Under the pieces are notes generated by a model that saw nothing but the letters and a program-made list of their open reading frames with translations, searched no databases and was not told the DNA's origin. The position numbers and the translations under genes were made by a program. Below are positions 27,100 through 40,777 of a stretch of DNA of 64,000 bases, in pieces. Numbering within the stretch: position 1 is the stretch's first letter; every line of letters starts with the position of its first letter. Origin of the DNA: Octopus sinensis (Eukaryota); the NCBI RefSeq assembly GCF_006345805.1, contig NC_042999.1, positions 165,292,001 to 165,356,000 of the forward strand. The letters are read 5' to 3'.

Positions 27100-28000
27100 T
27101 ATATCCAGTATTTACTCAGTAAACACCGTCTCTGTCCTCATCCGATCACTGTCTAACCAGTCTAAAACCCGGAGTGCTTGAACTCAGCTAGCTGTTAGAA
27201 ATTCATCATTTGTATACTGATGTACTCCTGGTAAAAAAATAAACTTTACAACAATCCATCTCAGTCCGATAGGTAGGTGATTAACTTTCCATATCCCTCA
27301 TACAACATAAAGTCCTCTAAGATTTCCAGGTGGTTTATTATGTCATAGTTTAGAAGTACACATTAATAATATCACCTACAACTTCTAAAATGCACCCATC
27401 ATAACCAACTGGGAGTCATTTATACAATTTAACAATGACTATTTGATGACTATATAAAAATAACTAACATATTCATGCATTGCGTAGCCTGCAAGCTCTT
27501 TCACCTTCTAAATTAGAGAGGTAGACTTCCTTTTGGGAAAAGGACTTGTCATAACTTTGCAAATTACATCTACTCGCCACTCATCAACCAGTATGGTCTC
27601 GTAAATAACTCACCAACAGATAAAGATACCATATTTACCACTCGTTTTTCTTTTTTAAGCTTCATTTCTAACGTAGGCATACAAAAAATTCAGAATTCCT
27701 CTGAAACTTCTTCATTTCTCCTTGCTTACGATCACATGTGCCAAGTGCAAACCTTCTCTATACTTTTCAACACACCATAGTGACACGTCTTGTGGGTGTC
27801 CTTCCATTACCTCTAAATAATGCACTGTATAAACTCACTGTTCGGGTCTTCTGTTTCAACAGCATTCTATATCAGTCTATAGAAATATGCAACAACATAC
27901 CTCATTCCCATGAAGGGCATGTCAAATGTATCTGAAACGGTTGTAGACAAATACCCCGCTTTAGATGATCTCTTCAAATATCGCTGGGTTGAGGTTTACA
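27100..28000 (-). mobile_element. Heavily degraded MULE (FAR1-type) transposase remnant
   Basis: Minus strand across frameshifts: RRVTMVC, DEWRVDVICK (cf. WxVxVxCGxHNH), NLEGERACRL (cf. LxGHPYAGRL), LEVVG. Motif resemblance only. Confidence 0.35.
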
Positions 28001-28164
28001 TTTTGTCTCTTCACTATCCACAAAGCAAATATCACTGATATACTGGTGGCTTTCTCCCCCAATATATGTTAGAGCATGCTTTTATGTTGATGGTATCCTA
28101 TGAAAATTGGAACATTATGTGAGTGGCATTATACAACATTGCTATTCAGTGTATCAAGAAGGTA

Positions 28165-28319
28165 TGTAGGTAAGTAGGTAGGTAAGTAGACAGATAGGTA
28201 GGTAAATAGGTAGGTAGGTAGGCAGGCAGGTAGGTAGGTAGGTAGTAGGTAGGTAGGTAGGTAGGTAGGTAGGTAGGTAGGTAGGTAGGTAGGAAGGAAA
28301 GAGCGAAGAAAGAAAGAGC

Positions 28320-28388
<69 letters not shown>

Positions 28389-28450
28389 CAGAAAGAAAGA
28401 AAGGTAGTTAGGTAGGAAGGAAAGAGCGAAGAAAGAAAGAAAGAAAGAAC
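28165..28450. repeat. (AGGT)n/(AAAG)n microsatellites
   Basis: Directly visible. Confidence 0.95.
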
Positions 28451-29404
28451 GTTAGTAGATAAGAAGTTGGATAGATAAGTAGGTACGTAAATACGTAGGT
28501 TGATTGGTAATCATAGAAATATTTTGAAAAACGTCAACTTTTCTTTCTTTCAATTAGTCAATGAATGATTGCGGCTAGAATATGATGCTGGCACAATATT
28601 CCTTCACATGAAAAAAGAAATTTAATCAAGAAAAATAATGGAGCAATGCGTGAACGAAAAGTATTTCCTACTCGTTTTCTGTTTTTAGCCTTTTTTTATT
28701 TTCATTTCTCATTCTTTGACAATGTTGACTGACACTACAAACATTGGATCATACGAAATCTCTCACAATCATGAATAATTCATGATGAACTACACTAAAT
28801 TAATCCCAGCCAAATGCAAACAACCGTGTTGACTCAATTTCTCGTTATCAGTGCGAGCCCACTGATTTGGTGTGTGAGTGATTGGCGCCTGTCTGTGATC
28901 AACAATATTGATAACCCGCATCAACCAAGCTTGATAACTTTTCCCATCTCATATCTTCTTTCGCATTTCATGACGCGTGTGATATTATGTGATTGACTTC
29001 GTACGAAATAATAATCAGATAATATGCAACTCCACATTCACAAGTTTTTTTCTTTTTTCTTTTTTTTTTCTAAATAGCTAAAAAGTATCAGTCGGATATC
29101 CGAAAATTCCTCAGTTTACACTCTATCACCGATTCTACATTAAGCACTTGTTTAAAGTCCTCGAGTTGATAGGTGCCAGTGGAAAGGAGTATGATTCACT
29201 GCTCTACCTCTGCAATAAATTCATTTCCATTCCAGTAGAGCCACAACCATTCTACTATAGTCACAACCACGCTGCAACATCCACCATTATACATCTGTTT
29301 TATGAGTCTTGACTAGACGTGGAGTAGGGGATGGCTTTCAGACGTATATTGGTGAACTGTGTTGGGGAATGGATAAACTGGAGATAGTTAAATTCGAAGA
29401 TTAT

Positions 29405-29641
29405 ATTTATTTCTTTATTGCCCACAGGGGGCTAAACGTAGAGGGGACAAACAAGGACAGACAAAAGGATTAAGTCGATTACATCGACCCCAGTGCGTAA
29501 CTGCTACTTATTTATTCGCCCCCGAAAGGATGAAAAGCAGCAACGGCAACCTCGGTGGAATTTGAACTCGGAATGTAACGGTAGACGAAATACCGCTAAG
29601 AATTTCGCCCGGCGTGCTAACGATTCTGCCAGCTCGCTGCC
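29405..29641 (-). mobile_element. SINE family A with 12-bp TSD
   Basis: Full head present; TTCGAAGATTAT at 29393-29404 and 29642-29653. Confidence 0.9.
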
Positions 29642-29689
29642 TTCGAAGATTATCTTGACAGTTTTGCACAATTCTCAGAAGAAGAAATA

Positions 29690-29942
29690 ACCATGCGACT
29701 GGCTGAGCACACCACGGACATGTGTATCCTGAATGTAGTTCTCATGGAAATTCAGCATAACAGAGGATGTGACATGGCTGACCATTTGAAATACAGGTAC
29801 TACTCATTCTTGCAAGCTAAGTGAACTGAGACACCATAAAATAAAGTGTCTTGCTCAAAAACACAACTCGCCGCCCCGTATCGAACTCACAACCTTCCGA
29901 TTGTGAGCCGAATACTCTAACCACTAAGCCACACGCCTTCAC
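29690..29942 (-). mobile_element. tRNA-derived SINE family C
   Basis: Minus strand: A box TGGCTTAGTGGTTAG, B box GAGTTCGATAC, then TTGAGCAAGACACTTTA..CAGTTCACTTAGCT, a central-domain-like segment. Confidence 0.75.
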
Positions 29943-30239
29943 TACTAACACACTATACAGTCAACATCAACTCACGACCACACTACAACAGCCGCCACCA
30001 CATTTCTACAAAAAATACCATATCACAACCGCCATTACCAAACTACTAAAACCACCAACACAACATGTATGAGTATCACTGCAGTTTAGCTCTGTTAAGG
30101 TAAACCTATGATCAAAAGCGTTCCAGTCTCGACCATCCAGAGTCTTATTCAGTCATATATAACACTACGTTATCCAGTGTAGCCTTAAGTATCTTAAAAT
30201 GATATGCTATGATTTGAGGGTGATTTTGTAGCTATCTTT

Positions 30240-31155
<916 letters not shown>

Positions 31156-31199
31156 ATGTGTAACAAGTTTCTTGACCGACCCCGTAGGGGCTCATCTGT

Positions 31200-31700
31200 A
31201 GGTGACAAATGTTCCCTTAGCTTGTAGTAATAACTTCCACTACTTCCTGTGATAATATCCGGGAAACTTTACAACACTTTAAGTACTCAATATTAAATTG
31301 AAGTCTTTAGTGGTGTTACAACGGTCCTATCGGACGCAGGACTCACCATTAATATTTATTGACGTCTTTCGAAAGGTCAAGCAATTCTTTTTGGAACAGT
31401 ATATCTCGAAGCACATAAAGCGTTTTCTATCGGAAAGGATTTTTTACATGCTATTCTTTATGGTTTCATGTTCTTCGAGATACAGTCTTCCATAAAGGAA
31501 TTATTTCACGTCCTCTCGAAAGTTTATAAATTTTTATGACATCAACAGCATACAATTCTCTCTGATAAGAATAATGCTTCTCAAATGAATAGAATAATTC
31601 GAAAGATTGCTTTGATCCAAAAGTAGAACGCTTGTCATGTCCACATGAGATGTAGGTTCGTCTTCCAGGGACTACTTTCAATTTTTCTATCCAAATACGG
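31200..31700 (-). mobile_element. Degraded MULE-like transposase, central fragment
   Basis: KTN, RELYAVDVIK (cf. TDRELALMNAI), PLWKTV (cf. LCxWHI), ACKKSF. Weak motif resemblance. Confidence 0.3.
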
Positions 31701-32229
31701 TTTGTTCAACCCAATATTTATATGCTATTATTTATAGATCTTTGTGCTTCGAGATTCGAAGTACCAAAAATAATTATTTATATTTATACACATTTTAATA
31801 CTAATTGAATTCACAATTAAAACACTATAATTCTAGAAAATTTAGTGTGGAATCAGTTGGCAACAATCAGTTCAATAAAGATCATAAAATGAAATAGGAT
31901 TCTACGCTCTGAGAAGGGGATTCTAGCACTTCTGTTTATGTGTCTTGACTACTTTCAGACGCACGTTGGTGAACTGTATGTGGGAAACGATAAACTGGAG
32001 ATAATTAACTTCGAAGATTATATTGATAGTTCTTCACAATTCTTAGCAGAAGAAATAAATTGCTCAGAAAAGCATTAATTACGGAGTGGCTTTGTAAGAA
32101 AACGAACGTTCTGGAGGGCACTTTGAAACGAAGACCTGGCAGGAACAAACGGTAAGTGGAAAAACCGAGAACAAAATATTTTTCCATGTCGATTCAGGAT
32201 CAAGGATTTAGAATCAGAACCAAGTGAGG

Positions 32230-33760
32230 AAACTTACGTCAGAATAAACTCCATACTTCAAAAGTTTAATGCATAAATCGCTTTACTACAACTTAGAGTA
32301 CCTAATTGTTTAACCAAATTCGAAAAAACTGTGCCTCCATAAAGCACAAAAAACTCACTGAACATACGAATGCAAAGATGTGTGGAAAAAAATGATTTGT
32401 TCGATGGTGAAAGACGCAAAAGCGAAGAAACAAAACTAATACTAGAATCGAAAAATCTATGGTTAGAGAAGTTTGTAGCCAATTACAGAACAAAATAAAT
32501 GAAAACAAAATGTAAAACACAAAAATATCTCTGAAATACACAACATAGTAACAACAGAAGGAACCATAACTCCTTCCGTTGTAATTTACCAATCATACCA
32601 AGAAATAATCAAAGAGCAACAACCATAAGGCCACATAGGCAGGAATGATATTTCTACTATAGGCACAAGGCTTGGAAATTTGGGGGAGTTGGTACTAGTT
32701 GATTACATCGACTCCAGAGCTCAAATGGTACTTGTTTTATCCCTAAGAGGATAAAAGGAATTTGAATTCAGAATATAAAGCTGGAAGACATACCGTTAAG
32801 CATTTTATGCAGGAATAATAACAAAAGGAAATTAAGTAACTTATACCAAAACAAACTCACTACTTACAAACAGTAGCAATAGATGGACGGACCAAACTAG
32901 TCAAACCAAAGAAGAAAAGTCAACTAAAAACAAGCCAAGAAGTTGGTATAACAATAATACTTGACATAGTGACAACTGAAAACCATCAGTCAAAAAACAA
33001 AAATTGAATAGAAAGACAAGATATAAATAGTTCACAAACCAAACGAAAAATCTCTTTCAATAAGCAGGAGTTCTATATAAAAACGAAAGAAACCTCAAAT
33101 GATACAAGGATTCAGGGGAATACTGGGCCAAATAATCCAAATGTAAAAACTTTATCATAACGAAACCTCGTGAAAAATTAAATTAAACTTTTGCAATAAG
33201 GATCTCAATTCGTACCAACCCCAAAACCTGACCCAATTGATCTTATCAAACATAGTGAAGAATTTTGCCGGAAGCTTCATCTCCGGGAATTCTTCCAAAA
33301 GAAGTATCACGAACCTCCATCACGTGTAAAAAAATTAAAATGGGATTTACACTGCCAATGAACCGGAGGAATATACAATGTGCCTGGCAAGGTCAGCATA
33401 CTCAAGCGTTCCAGCAAATTTTATGAAACCAAATAATATACGTAAATGAAGAGCAAAAGGCTTTCGGATGTCTACGAAAAGATTCCGGTATAGTCATTAA
33501 AGAAACTGACAAAGGAGGAGCTATTGCAATAACAAACAAGACTCATTGCAGGGAAATGATCTTGGAACAAATAAATGACCAATATTTCTCAAAAAAAAAA
33601 CTAGTGCAGATAATCAATGAACAGAATTGGTAAATTAACAGAAAAATTCAAAAACTACTTCACAGATAAGGATTTGGATTGCCCTATTAATTTTAAAATA
33701 AATACTAGTAACTTTTATGAACTACTAAAAAATCATAAATCTAAAGAAATCCATTCTCAA
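32230..33760 (+). mobile_element. Penelope-like element, degraded N-terminal/pre-RT region, interrupted by SINE A at 32645-32815
   Basis: KLLQ*GSQFVPTPK..EEFCRKLHLREFF, IVIKETDKGGAIAI, FYELLKNHK. Strongest support is at 33160-33760. Confidence 0.65.
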
Positions 33761-33787
33761 ACCGTCATATTTAATGTTGATTTCGAA

Positions 33788-33945
33788 TTTTAGCACAAGG
33801 GCAGGGATTTGGGGAGATGGGGTAAGTCGATTTCATCAACTCCAGTACTCAACTGGTACTTACTTTATTCATCCCGAAAAGATAAACGGCAAAGTCGGTT
33901 TCGGCGGAATTTTGAACTCAGAATGCGAAGACGGACGAAATCCAC
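33788..33945 (-). mobile_element. SINE family A, 5'-truncated
   Basis: Matches the family A body (CCAGTACTCAACTGGTACTT..GGCAAAGTCG..TTTGAACTCAGAA). Confidence 0.8.
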
Positions 33946-34484
33946 CGTCATATCTAATAAACTCTCGTTTTTACATCACCGAAAGCTCCTTCTTTGGATT
34001 CGCTTGCGCACTATTTATGTGAGTGACATCTATTAACATTACTAAATGACTATAAGGTGTTGATTTTCTATTTTTCCTTTTTAAAAAGGGTACGAAACTA
34101 GTAAAGTTTATATCTGCCTCAATATTTGCGAAAGTGTGCTATCAATTGTACGAAACAATGAAATAGTAACAATAGAATTTTTTTTCTCACGTTTGCATAA
34201 AGCCATAATATTCGTGAAAGGAATCCATAATTGACTGAATTGGCCACACACGGTACATGATATATATACATATGGTTTTGCCAACCCTGAAGAGATGGAA
34301 AATAAATTCGGGGCCCGAGATGATTTGAAACCAGAATATAAATAGACGTATTTAAATTCCATGAGGGGTATTTAATCGGGAGCCCTTTCATCGCAACATC
34401 TCCAGTGAAGACGAAGACGAAGAAAAAAGAACGAATTAATAAATGAATGAATGAATGAATGAATGTCAGGTAGATTGAAATAAA

Positions 34485-34666
34485 TAAAGAATGAAAGAAA
34501 TAAAGAAAGAAAGAAGGAAAGAAAGAAAGAAAGAAAAAGAAGGAAAGAAAAAGAAGGAAAGAAAGAAAGAAAAAGAAGAAAAGAAAGAAAGAAAGAAAGA
34601 AAAAGAAGGAAAAAAGAAAGAAAGAAAGAAAGAAAAAGAAGGAAAGAAAGAAAGAAAAGAAAGAAA

Positions 34667-34698
<32 letters not shown>

Positions 34699-34811
34699 AA
34701 AAAAAAAAGAAAGAAAGAAAAAGAAGGAAATAAAAAGAAGGAAAGAAAGAAAGAAGAAAGAAAAAGAAAGAAAGAAAGAAAGAAAAGGAAGAAAGAAAGA
34801 AAAGAAAGAAA

Positions 34812-34843
<32 letters not shown>

Positions 34844-34910
34844 AGAAAGAAAAAGAAGAAGAAGAAAGAAAGAAAAGAGGAAAGAAAGAAAGAAAGAAAG
34901 AAGAAAGAAA

Positions 34911-34942
<32 letters not shown>

Positions 34943-35089
34943 AAAAGAAAGAAAGAAGGAAAGAAAGAAAGAAATTTAATCAAGAAAGAAAGAAAGAAAA
35001 AGAAGGAAAGAAATAAAGAAAGAAAGAAAAGGAAAGAAAGAAAAAAGAAGGAAAGAAACAAAAAAGAAAGAAAGAAAGAAAAAGAAGGA

Positions 35090-35121
<32 letters not shown>

Positions 35122-35222
35122 AAAGAAAAGGAAAGAAAGAAAAAGAAGGAAAGAAAGAAAGAAAGAAAGAAGGAAATCGAAAAGAAGAGAAAGAAGAAAA
35201 AGAAAGAAAGAAAAGAAACAAA
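34485..35222. repeat. About 740-bp (AAAG/AAGG)n polypurine tract
   Basis: Directly visible; almost exclusively A/G on the plus strand. Confidence 0.95.
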
Positions 35223-36929
35223 ATAAAGATAAGATAATATCTGCTGTTATCTTCTTTAGAATTTATCTGTCATCATGTTCAATGCCAGTGAAGAGCGTTG
35301 CAAGAGTGACCCTGGCAGAATGGCAAGCTATAAGTCTTTCTATGCTCTGATGAACATTTAAATAAAATTAAAATATTTACAGCCAACATTGTCCGGTTGC
35401 ATATGGCTACAAATCGATGTGAGCATATAACAATGTCCGAAAGAATTTATCAGCTCAGATATGCACTTTGCTTCCTTGCTTCAAGCTAACAGATTATTTT
35501 TCTTTTCTTTTTTTTCTTTTTCCTTCTTCAAGTGACGTAAAATGTCAAGGAGTTTGGCGAATATGGATTTTCCGTTTTATCAAGTCACGATTAATAGCAA
35601 TCGATGTTCCTTAGAGCAGTTTTAGATCAATTGCTAATAATCAGACGAATTGCTGTCAAAGAGTGGCATAACAAGTGTTCTTCTTATGCGACTATTATCC
35701 ATTCCACACAGCTGGTGCCGTGTGAAGAAGAAATCAAATCATCTGTGGTTGATTCCGCGATTTCAATGGTTTCTCAATCCGTTACATTATCGAAGTGATT
35801 CTGACAAATGTAAGCAAGTGTATGATGATGCAAATCTGCATCTTTGCTTTGCTGCTTGAAATCTCCTCTATTTTATCATGGGAGCTAACGACGTTCAGCT
35901 GGTTGTGTGGTGTGTAAACAATAACCAACAAACTAAACTATCAGCCAAAGAGTTCATGGTTCGCATCATCCTCTTACCAAAGACAAAATATCTATTTCTA
36001 AATGGCTCGCTGTACTTAACTGTTATAAGTAAGGTATGTAGAGGAAACATCCTCAATGTTCCACTGGGTCAGGAGCGAGAGAGCCGAGAGAATATCTGTC
36101 TACTTGCCACAACATAGGTACCTGAAACAACTAACAAAAGTGTGGCACACGCAGCCAGACCACATTCGCTATCTATTATTATTTTAACATGTATTTATCT
36201 ACATGATCTTGTATTATCTTTTCGTACTTACCTATGGGGAACTTATACTTACTACAATCACATTTTTATTCATATAAGTGAAATTGCAGATACATATCAG
36301 TTATAGGCAACCTGCAACCTCCGGGACTTTCTGAACAGTTCACCTAACGAAAACTTACCTTGAATATTTTAGTAGTGCAGCTTATCAGATGACGAGCTAT
36401 GTTTCATGCGACTCGCTTCTCGGAAAAGGTTACTCATGCCTGCTATAGACAATTGTGGTTAGGCATGTGATACTTTTACCAACAACGTGAATCTAATGTT
36501 TACTCATTCTATTTGCCAAAGCGGAATTTAAATAAACCATGTAGGACTTACTTTTGCCCATGTACATTTTTTAACCCAGTTTTTGCTTTCTTCCATGTGG
36601 CAATTGTACTTGCCAATCAGCAACATATATTTACTAAAGCAACACTTACATTTTTCCAATTTATCACTCGTAATACTTTATTTACCCACATGATAGTTTT
36701 TCTTTGTTAATATGTGATATTTGTTATGCATGGGAAAAGCAAAAGTCAGGTATAACAGCTGAGAGAAATGAGTAACAAGAAACCTCTCTGAAACGGTTAA
36801 CACCTTATAAAACTAATGTACTATCCAGAATAAAATTTCTCCCCATTCTCTAAAATCTATTAAACCTAGACGAGGCGACATCAGCATAACTCGTAGATAT
36901 AAATTAGTCTTAATATGTATGTAAATAAG

Positions 36930-37080
36930 AAGGTGGCAAGTTGATAGGATCGTTAGCACGCCGGGCAAAATGCTTAGTGGCATTTTGTCCGTCTTTGTAT
37001 TCTGAGAATATATTCCGCCGTGGTCGACTTTGCCTTTCATCCTTTCGAAGTCGATAAAAAGACTACCAGTAGAGCAATGC
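36930..37080 (+). mobile_element. SINE family A
   Basis: AAGGTGGCAAGTTGATAGGATCGTTAGCACGCCGGGC..GGTCGACTTTGCCTTTCATCCTTTCG. Confidence 0.85.
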
Positions 37081-37283
37081 GGTAGGTTTTCGGAATGCTG
37101 CCTAGTATTTAGTTACGGTGTTTTACATTCCAAGTTCAACTCCCGCCGGGGAGTGTGTGGTTTTGTGTGGTTGTGTGTGTGGCTATTTGGGTACCTGCCT
37201 GTTTTATTTTCGCGCTTCTCAGTGGGTATGTATCTATGTAATTTATCGTGTATCATAATTATATATTCCCCTACTTGCTAATA

Positions 37284-37330
<47 letters not shown>

Positions 37331-37642
37331 ATATATATATATATATATATTGTGTGTTTGTATGTGTGTGTGTGTGTACAATTATTTATTAATAAAACAA
37401 CCACGTCAATGAAAGCTGAGATTTTGGATTCCTTCACTTCACATTCTTGCAAAATCGCCAACTGGGAGTCCTATTAAATACAGTTAAATCTAATTCAGTA
37501 AAAATTATATTCATTCTTTTCGTATGCGAAAACGATACCGTAAGACAAAGGTTTCAAGTGACCAGACTTCCGCCGTATTTGTGACCATCTTCAGAGCTTG
37601 TTAGTAAAATAGGAAATGTGAGTGTTAGAGAGCACGTGAACG

Positions 37643-37995
37643 TGAAGAAGAAGAAGAAGAAGAAGAAGAAGAAGAAGAAGAACAACAACAACAACAACAA
37701 CAACAAGAAGAACAAGAACAAGAACAAGAACAAGAACAAGAAGAACAAGAACAAGAACAAGAAGAAGACGAACAAGAACAAGAAGAAGAAGAAGAAGAAG
37801 AAGAACAAGAACAAGAACAAGAACAAGAACAAGAACAAGAAGAAGACGAACAAGAAGAAGACGAACAAGAAGAAGAAGAAGAAGAAAAGAAGAAGAACAA
37901 CAACAACAACAACAAGAACAACAACAACAACAACAACAAGAACAAGAACAACAACAACAACAACATCAACACCAGCAGCAGCAGCAGCAGCAGCA
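37643..37995. repeat. Compound AAG/AAC/AAGAAC/CAG repeat
   Basis: Directly visible, immediately upstream of a GC-rich unique segment. Confidence 0.95.
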
Positions 37996-38000
37996 AGAAA

Positions 38001-38331
38001 ATGCGAAGAGATGTCTTGTCTCGGCGTCATTTTAGTATCGCAGAAGCACTAACGAGCGGAACAGTCCCAAGATTATTGGAGAAACCCCAAGTCAAACATC
38101 CAAATCCAACTCCGAGTATAAACGGCTGCTGTTCTGAAAGCCCTTCTTGCACTGTTGTCCGTTTCCAGAATCAACGATTTATCATCAAAATCCAGGAAAG
38201 CGCTTTCCAGGCCTTTCCGGATCTGCGCTCGATCCTGACCGATCCTGATCGACCGAAAGATGCATACACCTCGAGAATTGCGAGTGACTGTGTCCATGAA
38301 CTTCTGGTCGCTACATTCATGTCATTCAGCA
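38001..38331 (+). CDS. Candidate first coding exon of an unidentified host gene
   Basis: 110-codon non-repetitive ORF from AAAATG, ending at donor-like AA/GTGAGC, in a locally GC-rich island; no recognisable domain. Confidence 0.3.
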
Positions 38332-38829
38332 AGTGAGCTTGCTTGGTGGTGATGGTGGTGGTGGTGGTGGTGGTGTGGTGGTGGTGGTGGTGGTTTTGTT
38401 TGCCTTCGGCGTCTACGCGACAGTTGGTTTTCTTTCACTTGTTTACTCTCGCCACAACTTTGTGTAGTGGTCATATCTTGACTTCGTCGGAGCTGAAATC
38501 AATTAGAACTGGAGTAGAGCAGCGGCATGCTCGCGGATACCTGTATCTTGTATCTGTATGGTTTATGTTTATGATTTTATGTATATTTGTGCTGTTCCTG
38601 TCCAGTTTTCGTGGACAGGCTCCTCGTCCGGCATCTCTTTGCTCAGCGGTGCCACTAGTGTGGCAAGCTCATTACAATCTTGACACTGTGTTTGGGGTTA
38701 CCGCTGCTGTTGCTGATATTGTTGTTCTGCTGTGACACCAACGAGACGAGTTGTCTTGGTTTATGTTGGAGGCAGAAATGGCACCTGAGCCTTCTACCCT
38801 TCACCGTAATGTGTATTTAGCTGCCGTCT

Positions 38830-39070
38830 GAAAGGTTTATGTGGTAGATCTTCCGGTTCTTCCTAGGTCAGGACTCCCATGTCAATTCCAGGACAGTTTT
38901 CATTCGCAGTAACTCTTCATATCCAAGTCTGCGCATTATTCCTTTGGGACAACGCACACCACCAACTACTAGTTTCACTTTTTCTAACCGCAGGCCTGTG
39001 TATGTTGGAATTATTGTATACTCCTTACTCCTCAAAATAAGGTGAGTATCTCTTTGCATTTCCATGTGAG
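38830..39070 (-). mobile_element. R4/Dong-type 3' remnant
   Basis: KVKLVVGGVRCPK..RLGYEELLRMKTVL, resembling a decayed VPVVVGALG..PK..LQKTVLLG. Confidence 0.4.
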
Positions 39071-39149
39071 AAGTACATCACAAAGGTGAGGAATCTAATG
39101 AAGCACTAGCTAAATGGTCTGAATCAAGTGAAGGTTGTAAATATACGAT

Positions 39150-39334
39150 GTGGAACAGATGGATAGAGGAAATGGGCATAAAACCTAGTTTAGTGCAGCT
39201 CCAGAAAACAGTGTTATTAGGGACAGCTCGTATACTTAGGAAGGTTCTTGGCATATAAGTTTACTCGTTCTAGCCTGATGTTAGGAATGTTCTTATACGA
39301 CAGTTAATTTGTTCAGTGTTTAGGAAATAATAAT
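39150..39334 (+). mobile_element. R4/Dong-type 3' end with start of AAT tail
   Basis: WIEEMGIKPSLVQLQKTVLLGTARILRKVLGI*; nucleotide match to 19666-19740. Confidence 0.8.
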
Positions 39335-39535
39335 GGTTTCAAATTTTGGCACAAGCCCAGCAATTTTGGAGGTGGGGCAAGTCAGTTACATCAAACTCCA
39401 GTGCTCAACTGATACCTAATTTATCGACTCCGGGAGTTGACCTCGGCGGAATTTGAACTCAGAACGTAAAGATGGAGGAAATGTTGCAAAGCATTTTGCT
39501 CGGAATGCTAACCATTCTTCCAGCTCACCGCTTCG
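39335..39535 (-). mobile_element. SINE family A inserted in an (AAT)n tail
   Basis: Family A head and body flanked by AATAATAAT on both sides; (AAT/GAT)n continues to about 39690. Confidence 0.85.
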
Positions 39536-39568
39536 AATAATAATAATAATAATAATAATATAATAATA

Positions 39569-39601
<33 letters not shown>

Positions 39602-39609
39602 TGATAATG

Positions 39610-39646
<37 letters not shown>

Positions 39647-39831
39647 TAATAATAATAATGATGATGATGATGATAATAATAATAATAATCGTTTTCACTG
39701 ATGTTATCGTTATTTGCCACCTCCTCTTCACTCTCATCATCATCATCACCATCATCACTGGTGTCATCTACATTATTGTCATCATCAATGCTGTCACTAC
39801 CGATGTCGTTGTTCTCAATGCATCATCATCA

Positions 39832-39865
<34 letters not shown>

Positions 39866-40274
39866 CCACCAGTAACAGCAGCAGCAGCATCCACGATATT
39901 ACGACGACCATAAATACGCAAAACGTTGTTGTTTCACGTGTGGCGTTAATGTAATAAAATCATAAAACAGAAGCATTTCTCGAAGGCTGCGTTCTTTGAA
40001 ATCGATTCTCTAATCAGTAACTAATGGGAGAAACGAATCACTAATTAAATCGATATTGCGAAGACGAAGAGACAAAATTGGATTGAAATTTTCCATGGAA
40101 AACGAAAAGTGATATATATAAGGAGAGAGGAGACGGAACAGAAAAAAGAGAAGGGATGAAGGTGGGAAGAAAGAAAAAGTTCATGTAAGGAAAGACGAGA
40201 TGAATCGAATTATCAATTCAAAATGTCTTGACAATATTTTGCTTTCCGTTTTAGTGCGCGAGTGTCTACATGCA

Positions 40275-40336
<62 letters not shown>

Positions 40337-40369
40337 TGTGTGTATGAGTGCCTGCATGTATATATATAC

Positions 40370-40418
<49 letters not shown>

Positions 40419-40485
40419 TCTGTGTGTGTATGTATATTTTTTATTCATACATGTCTGTATATATGTATACATATATGTACGTGTG

Positions 40486-40542
<57 letters not shown>

Positions 40543-40661
40543 AAAACAAGAATTTTACCCATAATTTTATGGTTAATACCATAAAGAATCCTGGTGCATC
40601 TAAGTCAAGTACCATATTCATTATTTGAATTCATTTGAATCTTAATTGTTTTTGCTGAAAT

Positions 40662-40748
<87 letters not shown>

Positions 40749-40777
40749 TATGTATATATATGTGTGTGTGTGTCATA

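Noticed and set aside
28860-29040. Enhancer-like cluster of TGAT/GATA motifs
   Set aside because: Such short motifs are expected by chance in AT-rich DNA; no independent support.
34286-34335. CUGAAGAG..GAAACCAG motif
   Set aside because: No stem II closure and no NUH site.
35259-36033. Possible plus-strand exons (donors GTAAGC at 35811 and GTATGT at 36034)
   Set aside because: Acceptors are weak, the peptides are unrecognisable and no consistent multi-exon frame emerges.
36298-36442. hAT-like MITE (CAGTTATAGGCAACC / CAGGCATGAGTAACC)
   Set aside because: The TIR match is loose and the flanking 8-mers (ATACATAT, CTATAGAC) are not a duplication.
38150-38250. Kv T1/BTB, EAG-PAS or LRR identity for the 38-kb ORF
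   Set aside because: Only superficial resemblance (FPD, RFII, AF..L); the diagnostic downstream motifs are absent.
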